From the NCBI GenBank assembly GCA_043784265.1, contig JAYVYN010000024.1, positions 2,621 through 66,620 of the forward strand: a stretch of 64,000 nt of DNA. Direction: 5' to 3'. Positions 47,913 through 56,826 of this stretch are shown here, piece after piece. The DNA comes from Gammaproteobacteria bacterium (GTDB lineage: Bacteria; Pseudomonadota; Gammaproteobacteria; Steroidobacterales; Steroidobacteraceae). Under the pieces are notes generated by a model, which worked only from the letters and a program-made list of their open reading frames with translations, had not been told where the DNA came from and searched no databases. A program made the position numbers and the translations under genes. Each line of letters begins with the position of its first letter. Positions within the stretch are counted from its first letter, which is position 1.

Positions 47913-48167
47913 TTTCGCTTTATTGAGTTACAGATACTTGCATAATGGTGGGCGACCGGTTAACAATACAACTATTAGGAGCAGGTCTATCCGCTCCAAT
48001 CAGCCGAATCACCGGTACCCTCTTTAAGGTAATCAAGACTACTAAACCCTTCGTATTGTGCACTAACCGCCGAGCATCGTCACGTCGTTGCGCTTCGCGC
48101 TCAAATTTTCAACCTAAATATTCGCCCTAAACATCCTAATTAATCTCCAAAAGGAGTCATATCCGCA

Positions 48168-48497
48168 GTGAGTAACCCAATCATCGTACATACCAGTGAC
48201 GCCACGTTCGACAAAGACGTGCTCAAGGCCGATAAACCCGTATTGCTCGATTTCTGGGCAGAATGGTGTGGTCCTTGCAAAATGATCGCTCCCATCCTGG
48301 AAGAGATTGCCGAGACCTATAAAGACAGGGTCAAAATCGCTAAGCTCAATATTGACGAGAATCCGGCAACGCCGCCCAAATTTAATATACGCGGTATTCC
48401 AACGCTAATCCTATTTAAGAACGGCACTGTGGAGGCCCAGAAAGTGGGTGCTGTCACGAAATCCCAGTTAGCCGCTTTTTTGGATAGCAACCTGTGA
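48168..48497 (+). CDS. trxA: Thioredoxin 1
   Basis: WAEWCGPCK active site, 109 aa, AAGGAG Shine-Dalgarno sequence upstream of a GTG start. Confidence 0.95.
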   Translation: MSNPIIVHTSDATFDKDVLKADKPVLLDFWAEWCGPCKMIAPILEEIAETYKDRVKIAKLNIDENPATPPKFNIRGIPTLILFKNGTVEAQKVGAVTKSQLAAFLDSNL

Positions 48498-48523
48498 GAG
48501 GCTACTTAGGAAATCAATCCCGC

Positions 48524-48621
48524 GGTGGCGGGCAGGGACAAGGCGGTCAGGGTGGTCAAGGGGGTCAGGGCAGCCAAGGCGGTCAAGATCGTCAAGGCGG
48601 CCAGGGCGGAGGCGGAGGCGG
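48524..48621 (+). repeat. Imperfect GGN-GGN-CAR (9-nt period) G-rich repeat tract between trxA and the canonical rho start
   Basis: GGTGGCGGGCAGGGACAAGGCGGTCAGGGTGGTCAAGGGGGTCAGGGCAGCCAAGGCGGTCAA... read directly from the sequence. Confidence 0.85.
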
Positions 48622-48784
48622 ACGTAGTCGTTCGCATCGACCCCGTAATGACAACCGCAATGGTAATAGCAACGGCAATATGGGTGGCGGTAGGCCCCCG
48701 CATGAGGAATACGGTGACTTACCGCCAGGCGGCGATGATCTGGAGATCATAGCGCCATCGGACCTGGCCCGCAGTCGTAGCTCG

Positions 48785-50041
48785 ATGAATCTCACCGAGC
48801 TTAAAAAACGCCCCATTAGTGATTTGGTGAAACTTGCCGAGACCATGGGTCTGGAGAACATGGGCCGCTCTCGTAAACAGGACATCATTTTTGGTGTACT
48901 GAAAGCGCATGCGCAAAAGGGCGAAGATATTTACGGCGACGGCGTGCTGGAAATATTGCAAGATGGGTTTGGTTTCTTGCGCTCCTCGGATTCCAGTTAT
49001 TTGGCCGGACCGGATGATATTTACGTATCGCCTAGCCAAGTGCGTCGCTTTAATTTACGCACTGGAGATTCGGTTTCTGGCTTGATTCGCCCGCCGAAAG
49101 ACGGCGAACGGTATTTCGCGCTGCTTAAGGTCGGGGAAATTAATTATGACTCCCCCGAAAGTGCGCGTGGCAAGGTGCTGTTTGAGAACCTCACGCCGTT
49201 GCATCCCACGGAGCGCTTGAAGCTTGAGCGCGGCAATGGCTCAACAGAGGATCTTACAGCACGGGCTATTGATTTAGTGGCACCTATTGGTAAGGGTCAA
49301 CGTGGTTTGATTGTCTCGCCCCCGAAAGCGGGCAAGACCATGTTGCTGCAGAACATTGCCACAGCGATCACCGCGAACCACCCTGAGGTGTATCTCATTG
49401 TTCTCTTGATCGATGAGCGTCCTGAAGAAGTGACTGAAATGGCCCGCACCGTGAAGGGCGAAGTAGTTTCTTCAACTTTCGATGAGCCCGCGAGCCGGCA
49501 CGTGCAAGTGGCGGAAATGGTGATCGAGAAGGCCAAGCGTCTGGTCGAGCACAAAAAAGACGTGGTCATATTGCTCGATTCTATTACTCGTTTGGCGCGT
49601 GCCTACAATACCGTGGTGCCGAGTTCGGGTAAGGTATTGACGGGTGGCGTAGACGCTAATGCGTTGCAACGTCCGAAGCGATTTTTCGGTGCAGCGCGCA
49701 ATATTGAGGAGGGCGGCAGCTTAACGATTCTTGCAACCGCGTTGGTCGATACCGGCTCCAAGATGGACGATGTGATTTTCGAGGAATTTAAAGGTACTGG
49801 TAATTCGGAAATCCATTTGGATCGCCGTATTGCGGAGAAGCGTACCTTCCCATCAATCAACATCAACCGCTCAGGCACTCGCAAAGAAGAACTCATCACC
49901 GATCCTGCTGAATTATCCAAGATGTGGATACTGCGTAAGTTGCTGCATCCAATGGATGAGTTGGCCGCCATTGAGTTCTTGTTGGACAAAATGAAAGACA
50001 CCAAGACTAACGCTGATTTCTTTGATGCGATGAAACGTTAG
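48785..50041 (+). CDS. rho: Transcription termination factor Rho (canonical 418-aa form; the frame stays open upstream to GTG 48494)
   Basis: MNLTELKK...[26 protein letters not shown], Walker A PPKAGKT, collinear with E. coli Rho. Confidence 0.95.
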   Translation: MNLTELKKRPISDLVKLAETMGLENMGRSRKQDIIFGVLKAHAQKGEDIYGDGVLEILQDGFGFLRSSDSSYLAGPDDIYVSPSQVRRFNLRTGDSVSGLIRPPKDGERYFALLKVGEINYDSPESARGKVLFENLTPLHPTERLKLERGNGSTEDLTARAIDLVAPIGKGQRGLIVSPPKAGKTMLLQNIATAITANHPEVYLIVLLIDERPEEVTEMARTVKGEVVSSTFDEPASRHVQVAEMVIEKAKRLVEHKKDVVILLDSITRLARAYNTVVPSSGKVLTGGVDANALQRPKRFFGAARNIEEGGSLTILATALVDTGSKMDDVIFEEFKGTGNSEIHLDRRIAEKRTFPSININRSGTRKEELITDPAELSKMWILRKLLHPMDELAAIEFLLDKMKDTKTNADFFDAMKR

Positions 50042-50065
50042 GCGCATTTGATTAGGGAGTAGAGC

Positions 50066-50503
50066 ATGCATTGGTGGGCGTGGATTGCTGTGGGGGCCAT
50101 ACTGTTAGGTGCCGAGTTGGCCTTCGTCGACGCCCAGTTTTATCTCGTGTTCGTAGGCTTAGCCGCCGTGGTGGTAGGGCTATTGCAAATGGCGGGTTTT
50201 GGACTTGCCCTGTGGTTGCAGTGGCTCATATTTGGCTTGCTTGCCGCCGCTTCAATGGTGTTGTTCCGACGACAAATTTATAACCGCTTGCGGCGGGAAT
50301 TGCCGGTGATGAAAGATGGGTTGGTCGGTGCCTTGATCAATATGCCAAGCTCTCTGAATCCTGGGGCTACTACGCGGGTGGAAGTTCGCGGCAGTTCTTG
50401 GAACGCAATTAATGGTGGGCAATCGATTATCGCTGCCGGGGCGAAGGCGCGCGTTACACGGGTTGAGGCGCTTAGCCTTATTGTGCACGCTGTGCAAGAT
50501 TAA
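50066..50503 (+). CDS. NfeD-family membrane protein
   Basis: Transmembrane segments plus a C-terminal OB-like segment. It lies upstream of an SPFH gene, the classic pairing. Confidence 0.75.
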   Translation: MHWWAWIAVGAILLGAELAFVDAQFYLVFVGLAAVVVGLLQMAGFGLALWLQWLIFGLLAAASMVLFRRQIYNRLRRELPVMKDGLVGALINMPSSLNPGATTRVEVRGSSWNAINGGQSIIAAGAKARVTRVEALSLIVHAVQD

Positions 50504-50528
50504 GCTGAGAATTTAGGGGAATTTCCGC

Positions 50529-51479
50529 ATGACAATTAGCTACGCCTTTATTTTATTCGCATTTTTGGTGGTCATTTTGGTGGCAAAAACTGCCACCGTA
50601 GTGCCACAACAGAGCGCGTTCATTATCGAGTACCTCGGGAAATATAGCCGCACGCTGCAAGCGGGCTTCCATATTTTAGTGCCGTTTATGGAAAAAATTG
50701 CTTACCGGCATAGTTTAAAAGAACTGGCGCTCGATATCGCTGAGCAGGTGTGCATCACGCGCGACAACGTACAAGTGGGAATCGACGCGGTGCTGTATAT
50801 GCAAGTGCTCGACCCGCATCTTGCTTCTTATGGCATTACCAACTATGGCTTTGCAATCGCCCAGTTGGCGCAAACTACGCTGCGCAGTGAAATCGGTAAG
50901 ATTGAGCTAGATCGTACCTTTGAGGCACGTGGCACCATCAATGCCAATGTGGTGAGCGAATTGGATAAGGCTTCGGCTCCGTGGGGCGTGAAAGTTTTAA
51001 GGTATGAGATTAAGAACATTATGCCGCCCAAGGATGTGCTGTCGGCCATGGAAAAGCAGATGCGCGCCGAGCGTGAGAAGCGTGCCGTCGTGCTGACCTC
51101 CGAGGGTGAACGCGACGCGAAGATTAATGCCGCCGAAGGCGACAAGCAACGCGTCATTAAACAATCTGAAGCCAACAAGCAGCAACAAATTAACGAAGCC
51201 CAAGGTCAGGCGCAAGCCATCCTGGCGGTGGCCACCGCGACTGCAGAGGGTTTGCGACAAGTGGGCATCGCACTTAGCGACCGCGGCGGCATTGAAGCCA
51301 TGCAGTTGCGAATCGGTGAAGAGTACGTGAAGCAATTTGGTAAGCTCGCACAGGCTGGAACTACTCTGGTGGTGCCCGCGAATTTAACGGACCTTGCGTC
51401 TATTGTAACGATGGCAACGAGTATTGCGCGCAAACCGGCCGCGGTTGCTGGCGCGGGCGAGGCTAGCGGGCGAGCGTAG
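50529..51479 (+). CDS. SPFH/band-7 (stomatin/paraslipin-like) protein
   Basis: N-terminal transmembrane segment, an SPFH core (ITRDNVQVGIDAVLYMQV...LRSEIGKIELD) and a coiled-coil EA-rich region. Confidence 0.9.
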   Translation: MTISYAFILFAFLVVILVAKTATVVPQQSAFIIEYLGKYSRTLQAGFHILVPFMEKIAYRHSLKELALDIAEQVCITRDNVQVGIDAVLYMQVLDPHLASYGITNYGFAIAQLAQTTLRSEIGKIELDRTFEARGTINANVVSELDKASAPWGVKVLRYEIKNIMPPKDVLSAMEKQMRAEREKRAVVLTSEGERDAKINAAEGDKQRVIKQSEANKQQQINEAQGQAQAILAVATATAEGLRQVGIALSDRGGIEAMQLRIGEEYVKQFGKLAQAGTTLVVPANLTDLASIVTMATSIARKPAAVAGAGEASGRA

Positions 51480-51495
51480 CGCGAGAACTCGTTTC

Positions 51496-52275
51496 TCATT
51501 GTGGGGCGGGAGTTTTCAATAAGCGGACTTCAAATAACTTCGGCCAGTTTTTTCCGGTGACGAACAGTCGGTCGTGTTTGACGTCGTAGGCGATACCATT
51601 GGGTACGTTGTCTAGACCTTTAATCAGGTCAGATGGATTTAATAGTCCCGCGAGATCGATGAGGCCTACGACTTGACCACTGCGTGGATCGATGCGCACG
51701 ATCCAATTGGTCTGCCATATATTGGCAAAAATTTCGCCTTTGACCCATTCCAGTTCATTGATATTGCGCAGTGCTTTGCCCTCGAGGGTGACTTGTATGC
51801 GGTTGGTTTCCTTAAGCGTAAAGGGATTGATAAATCGCAGTTCAGAAGTGCCATCGCTCATGATTATTTGCGTGCCGTCCTGAGTGAGCGCCCAACCTTC
51901 GCCGGCATAACTGAACTGTTTTTGGAATTTGAACGTGTTGAGATCAAACACGAAACCTGTTTGTGATTTCCAGGTAAGGCTGATGAGATGGCTATTCCAA
52001 TTCACAATGCCTTCACCAAAGTACTGAGGTGGGATATCAATAGACTTCAGTATTGCTCCGGTTTCAATGCGCACCTTGCGGATGGAGGAGTGTTGTTCAA
52101 GGCCGGTGCTCTCGTATAGATAGCCGTTTAAGTAGAAAAGACCCTCGGTAAAAGCCGATGGATCGTGGGGATAGCTATGCACAACTTCTATTTTGTAGGT
52201 GGGTATAGCGGCCGCGGTGGCGCCCGCCGCTATGCCCGCTAATATCCAGTACGCTAATATCCAATACGCTTTCAT
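51496..52275 (-). CDS. Glutaminyl-peptide cyclotransferase, beta-propeller (plant/bacterial) type
   Basis: YPHDPSAFTEGLFY..G.LYESTG and NELE..G.I.ANIW motifs. Confidence 0.8.
   Translation of the reverse strand: MKAYWILAYWILAGIAAGATAAAIPTYKIEVVHSYPHDPSAFTEGLFYLNGYLYESTGLEQHSSIRKVRIETGAILKSIDIPPQYFGEGIVNWNSHLISLTWKSQTGFVFDLNTFKFQKQFSYAGEGWALTQDGTQIIMSDGTSELRFINPFTLKETNRIQVTLEGKALRNINELEWVKGEIFANIWQTNWIVRIDPRSGQVVGLIDLAGLLNPSDLIKGLDNVPNGIAYDVKHDRLFVTGKNWPKLFEVRLLKTPAPQ
52238..52267. repeat. 15-bp tandem duplication (GCTAATATCCARTAC x2) inside the cyclotransferase signal peptide
   Basis: Encodes the duplicated AYWIL-AYWIL in frame. Confidence 0.85.
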
Positions 52276-52364
52276 TGGGGATACAGTACCTCAAATACTA
52301 GGTATGGCTCGAATCGTGACTATGAAGGTGGTGCCTGCGGGTCCCCCAAGGCTATGATAGGTCG

Positions 52365-54668
52365 ATGGGAAGGAATCGCCGACCGATATTGTCAGCCGTA
52401 TATTTGTTATGGACTCTAGTTGTTGCGCCATGCAACACCCACGGGCAAGTTCTAACTATTCGAATCACCGCCGGGACACCCGTCGCGAAGGCGTTGCAGC
52501 AGCTCGAGCGGCCCGAGTTTCGGATAATTTTTAGTACGGCTCTGGTGGATCAGCGAATGCGGGTTAAAACCGCCCCGCGGTCGAATCAACCGGTAGCGAT
52601 GGCAGAGGAAATTCTGGAAGCCTTTGGCTTGACCTTGCGTGAAATAGCACCGTCGCAGTTCGCCGTGGTCCGCGCTGCGAAAGCGCCGGCATCCGTACCT
52701 GCCTCGCTGACAACGGTCTTAGACGAGATCACCGTTACCGCGAGCTTCTATCAATTGCATGGCTCCGCCAATACGCCTGTCGAACTTGAGGGAGCGGAAT
52801 TACGCACTCAACCGCAACTAGTCGACGATGCGCTTCAGTCGGTGCAACACATCCCCGGGGTCGCGCAAAGTGGATTTCCTGGCCAAGCCCATATTCGCGG
52901 TGGTGAGGCTAATGAGACCCGAGTCTTGCTGGACGGTTTTCCGATCCGCGAAGTGTTCCATCTACCCGATTATCAAGGGCCGTTTAGCGCATTGGATTCG
53001 TCTGCCGTTAAGCACATCGATGTCTATACCGGCGGTTTTTCAGCCCGTTTTGGCGGGCGTATGAGCGGCATATTGGATATTCAATCGAGAGACGTCACGG
53101 AAGCGCCTCAGAACATGATGGGGATCAGCACGGTAAATTCCAGTGCGCGGGTGGCGGGTCAAATCGATTCGCGCGGCGATCTCGACGGTCTACTGATAGG
53201 TCGATTGAGCAATATTCAAAAAATATCAGAGGCGGTTGTGCTTGAGGCGCACGCACCCACATTTTCGGACGCGCTCGGCAAGCTGCGTTGGCATCTTGCA
53301 GACGGCACCACGCTATCCCTGCACAGTCTGATTTTTCAAGATGCGCATGACAACATTGACAGGGACACCGGCAAGACTGGGCATACTGATAGCCGCACTC
53401 GTTATGCGTGGATCCATGCCGAGCAGAGCTTGGGCGAGCGCTGGCAATACGATGCTTGGCTTGGCAATAGTGCTCTGGCGTCTGATCGGGATGGAGCGGT
53501 GAATAATCTCGGTGTTGCCGTTGGCCAAGTGCTCGACAATCGCCGTGCGGACATATGGGATGCGAGTCTGCGTTTTCATGGCCAGCTTGGGGGGGCGCAT
53601 GAGCTTGAGTGGGGTGGTGAATGGACCGCAAGCGGCGCGAACTATAACTATCAGAGTAGTGTTAATTTCAGCGCGGAAATTGCCGCTCTATTTGGACGAA
53701 CACAGAATGTGGTAAAAAACGCCGTGTTTTCGGTGCGTGGCAATAACACTGCACTGTATTTGACAGATCGTTGGCAGGTAACTCAGAAACTATTCGCTGA
53801 AATTGGTGTTCGGGCGCAACGCTACGCGGGTCTCGGACTCAATACCTACCTTTCGCAAGATCCCCGTGTGTCACTATCGTTTGCGCCAAATTCCTCAACC
53901 CAGATTTTTGCGAGCTGGGGAATTTTTCACCAAGCCGATGAAGTACTGGACCTCGATGTCATTAATGGCGTGCAAAAATTTTCGAGTCCGCAATATTCAA
54001 GACATTTTATTGTTGGTTTGCAATATCACACTGCCGATGGGATTTCATATCGAGCGGAAGCGTATCGAAAGATTCAAGGGTTGCCACGACCGCGCTATGA
54101 GAGTCTTCTTGATCCGCTCAGCATCTTGCCCGAATTCTCGCCGGACCGAGTGTTGGTTGCACCTTCACATGCCGAGCTTCATGGCGTCGAATTGTCGACC
54201 CTCTGGCTTAAAGGCCCACTAAGTACTCGACTGTCATATACTTGGTCGCAGGCGTATGACGATATTAAGGGTATCGAAGTGCCGCGTGCTTGGAATCAGA
54301 ACAATGCGTTAAGTGCGATGTTGCAGTGGCATGAAGGGTCGTGGGCTGCCAGCGCCGCCCTTGGGATTCACGATGGATGGCCCAGCACGCCCTTATTGAC
54401 CTTGCCCAATGGCATCAACACATTGGGTGTGAGAAATTCTGGTAAAGAAGCCCGCTATCAATCGCTGGACCTAAGAATAGCTTACATCCAGCCTGTCAGG
54501 CGCGGTGCACTGCAGTTTACGGCGGATGCAGGCAACGTCTTAAATCACAACAATCATTGCTGTTTGGAGTTTATAGCGCCGCAGGGTGCGAATGGAGCAT
54601 TGCTGTTTAAGGATTCCTCGACGTGGTTGCCACGAATCATAGTGTTGGGTGTACGTTGGGACTTTTAA
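52365..54668 (+). CDS. TonB-dependent receptor with a possible N-terminal STN/signalling-type extension
   Basis: Plug motifs (IRGGEANETRVLLDGFPI), a long barrel and a terminal GVRWDF. The N-terminal ~100 aa resemble an STN domain. Confidence 0.8.
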   Translation: MGRNRRPILSAVYLLWTLVVAPCNTHGQVLTIRITAGTPVAKALQQLERPEFRIIFSTALVDQRMRVKTAPRSNQPVAMAEEILEAFGLTLREIAPSQFAVVRAAKAPASVPASLTTVLDEITVTASFYQLHGSANTPVELEGAELRTQPQLVDDALQSVQHIPGVAQSGFPGQAHIRGGEANETRVLLDGFPIREVFHLPDYQGPFSALDSSAVKHIDVYTGGFSARFGGRMSGILDIQSRDVTEAPQNMMGISTVNSSARVAGQIDSRGDLDGLLIGRLSNIQKISEAVVLEAHAPTFSDALGKLRWHLADGTTLSLHSLIFQDAHDNIDRDTGKTGHTDSRTRYAWIHAEQSLGERWQYDAWLGNSALASDRDGAVNNLGVAVGQVLDNRRADIWDASLRFHGQLGGAHELEWGGEWTASGANYNYQSSVNFSAEIAALFGRTQNVVKNAVFSVRGNNTALYLTDRWQVTQKLFAEIGVRAQRYAGLGLNTYLSQDPRVSLSFAPNSSTQIFASWGIFHQADEVLDLDVINGVQKFSSPQYSRHFIVGLQYHTADGISYRAEAYRKIQGLPRPRYESLLDPLSILPEFSPDRVLVAPSHAELHGVELSTLWLKGPLSTRLSYTWSQAYDDIKGIEVPRAWNQNNALSAMLQWHEGSWAASAALGIHDGWPSTPLLTLPNGINTLGVRNSGKEARYQSLDLRIAYIQPVRRGALQFTADAGNVLNHNNHCCLEFIAPQGANGALLFKDSSTWLPRIIVLGVRWDF

Positions 54669-54780
54669 AGGTGGGATTCGTCGCGCCGCACCCCCTGCGC
54701 CGACAGGCTGAACTCCAACGCGATTGATTGCGGCGAGCAATAGCGTCTAATAAAGAAGTTAAGATCTTGGAGAATCGATT

Positions 54781-56739
54781 ATGACGCGACTGAATAGACC
54801 GAAGTACGGCGCTAGTCTGCCTTTGGGTTACGGGCTGCTATTAGTGGTTTCCCTCGTCATTGGCTCGGCCTTAAGTGCATGCGGCGGGGGTGGATCGAGC
54901 ACTTCCAGCCCTGTTGTTAAGCTGCAGGCGTGTAACAGTTGCGGCACCGCTGTCGTCAGTCTTACCGACGCGCCTGGCGATTTCTTGAGCTATATCGTTA
55001 AAGTAGTCTCGTTAAAGCTCACTCGCTCCGATGGCACTATTGTGGAGACTGTGCCGGTACCCACGCAGGTCGATTTTGCACAATTGACTCATTTGGCTGA
55101 AATCGTCAGCGCTTTGAAAATCAGCGCCGGCAACTATACCTCGGCGGCAATTACTCTCGATTACAGTGGTGCCACCTTAATCGTCAGTAATGATACGACG
55201 GGCGTCACCATTGCCCCCAGCCAAATCATTAACGGTGCAACGTCGCTGCCCTTAGTAGCACCGAATACCACCCTAGTCACGTTGACGCTAACTTTGCCGG
55301 CGATCAGTCCGCTAGTGGTCGTCGTCGACACGGACGCGCATCTGGACCTTGATTTTAATTTGCGTGCCTCTAATGTTGTTACGCCGAACACTACTAATCC
55401 CACCACGGTTACGGTCAACCCGATGCTGACGGCTAGCTTTTCGCCCGATGCAAATCGAGAGGAACGCATACGTGGCTCTTTGGTGAGTGCGAATGCCAGT
55501 TTGAATAGTTATATAGTCAATTTGAGTCCTTTTAACGACTCCGTAGTCACTACCGGTCAAGTTACCGTCAATACCACGGCTGCCACCGCTTACGCCATTA
55601 ACGGTACTATTTACACGGGGGCGGCCGGTCTTGCCCAGCTGGCGACCCTCGCCCCGGGAACCGTTACCGTCGCGTTCGGCGCGGTGAATGCCAGTACCTT
55701 TAGTTTTACCGCCACGCGTGTGATGGCGGGTGCTAGCGCCCCGGGGACCGGCGTTGCCGGATCCACGAGCGGCAATGACGGTCTGGAGGGCATTGTGGTT
55801 GCGCGCATGGGCTATACGCTGACGCTGGCGAATGACCATGTGACGCATTCCGATCAGGAAGGCCTTAGCTATATTAGTCAGGTCACCGTCACGCTGGGTA
55901 ACGCGACCACCGTCACCGAAGAGGGTCAGCTTGGACTGTTCACGATTGCCGATATTTCGGTGGGCCAAAATGCTCATTTCACCGGCAAACTTGCGATCAG
56001 CGGCAGCGGCAATGCCACGCTCGACGCGAGCGCAGGTACCGCGCGGCTTGAGTTGACGCGCTTGCAAGGGGTGGTCACCGCTGTGGATACTAATTTGGTG
56101 ACGATGACCCTCACCAGCTTGGGTGATTTTCCGGCGGCGAGTTTTGCGTTCGCCGGTACGGGCACGGCCGCTGCGACGGATGCAGTCACGACTGCCTATT
56201 CTGTGAGCACACCCGCTACGCTCTCGACCGCCAATCTGAATGTGGGCAGCGCCGTGGAATTCTCCGGTTTTGTCGCGCCCTACGGCACCGCACCGCCTGA
56301 TTTTATGGCGATTACGCAGACAGCAACAAATTTTGGTGACCCCAGTGCGGGAGCGGAACTGGAAATTCGCTGGTTGGTCGGCGTGACGGCGCCGTTCAGC
56401 AGCGCGAGCGGCGATAAACTGACTTTCAGTCAAACAACTCTCCTGGGCAGCAGCGAACATTCAGTGAATCTCGAGCAGCAGATAACAACCGATCTTACGA
56501 CTCTGACGGGCGGCGTGCAGCTTGTGCCGGACCCTTTGGTCAGCGTCGGTAGATTCGCAATTAGTCACCGCATCGGCGGCACTATCGATAATTTCAGTAC
56601 CTTTGCTGCGTTCGAGACGGCGTTAGTGGCTGCCTTGAACGGTACGGTGGGACTTATGCAGATTGAGGCGCAAGGACCCTATAACGCGACCACAGGTCTG
56701 TTGTCGGTGGACGAGATGGTGGCCGCGCTGAATAATTAG
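54781..56739 (+). CDS. Large Thr/Val/Ala-rich lipoprotein, DUF4382-like N-terminus
   Basis: Lipobox LSACGGGG, then VVSLTDAPGDF...VKVVSLKL, typical of DUF4382 as recalled. Confidence 0.5.
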   Translation: MTRLNRPKYGASLPLGYGLLLVVSLVIGSALSACGGGGSSTSSPVVKLQACNSCGTAVVSLTDAPGDFLSYIVKVVSLKLTRSDGTIVETVPVPTQVDFAQLTHLAEIVSALKISAGNYTSAAITLDYSGATLIVSNDTTGVTIAPSQIINGATSLPLVAPNTTLVTLTLTLPAISPLVVVVDTDAHLDLDFNLRASNVVTPNTTNPTTVTVNPMLTASFSPDANREERIRGSLVSANASLNSYIVNLSPFNDSVVTTGQVTVNTTAATAYAINGTIYTGAAGLAQLATLAPGTVTVAFGAVNASTFSFTATRVMAGASAPGTGVAGSTSGNDGLEGIVVARMGYTLTLANDHVTHSDQEGLSYISQVTVTLGNATTVTEEGQLGLFTIADISVGQNAHFTGKLAISGSGNATLDASAGTARLELTRLQGVVTAVDTNLVTMTLTSLGDFPAASFAFAGTGTAAATDAVTTAYSVSTPATLSTANLNVGSAVEFSGFVAPYGTAPPDFMAITQTATNFGDPSAGAELEIRWLVGVTAPFSSASGDKLTFSQTTLLGSSEHSVNLEQQITTDLTTLTGGVQLVPDPLVSVGRFAISHRIGGTIDNFSTFAAFETALVAALNGTVGLMQIEAQGPYNATTGLLSVDEMVAALNN

Positions 56740-56826
56740 TTTCGCGGCAAAAAACTATCTGTAGCAAAGGTCGTCATTGCCGAGCGGTCTTGCTTTCCCG
56801 AGTGTAATCGTTGAGCATCGATAGTC

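Noticed and set aside
47945-48130. 61-aa ORF in the rhlB-trxA spacer
   Set aside because: It has no motif and no Shine-Dalgarno sequence. It lies in the divergent promoter region that is non-coding in E. coli, so it is likely spurious.
55312-56460. 382-aa minus-strand ORF antisense to the DUF4382-like lipoprotein gene
   Set aside because: It is extremely Arg-rich and low-complexity with no recognisable motif. It is fully embedded antisense in a gene whose ACC/GTC/GCC-rich codons naturally suppress stops on the opposite strand, so it is an ORF-track artefact. The same reasoning applies to 53125-53631, 21848-22345 and 57652-58020.
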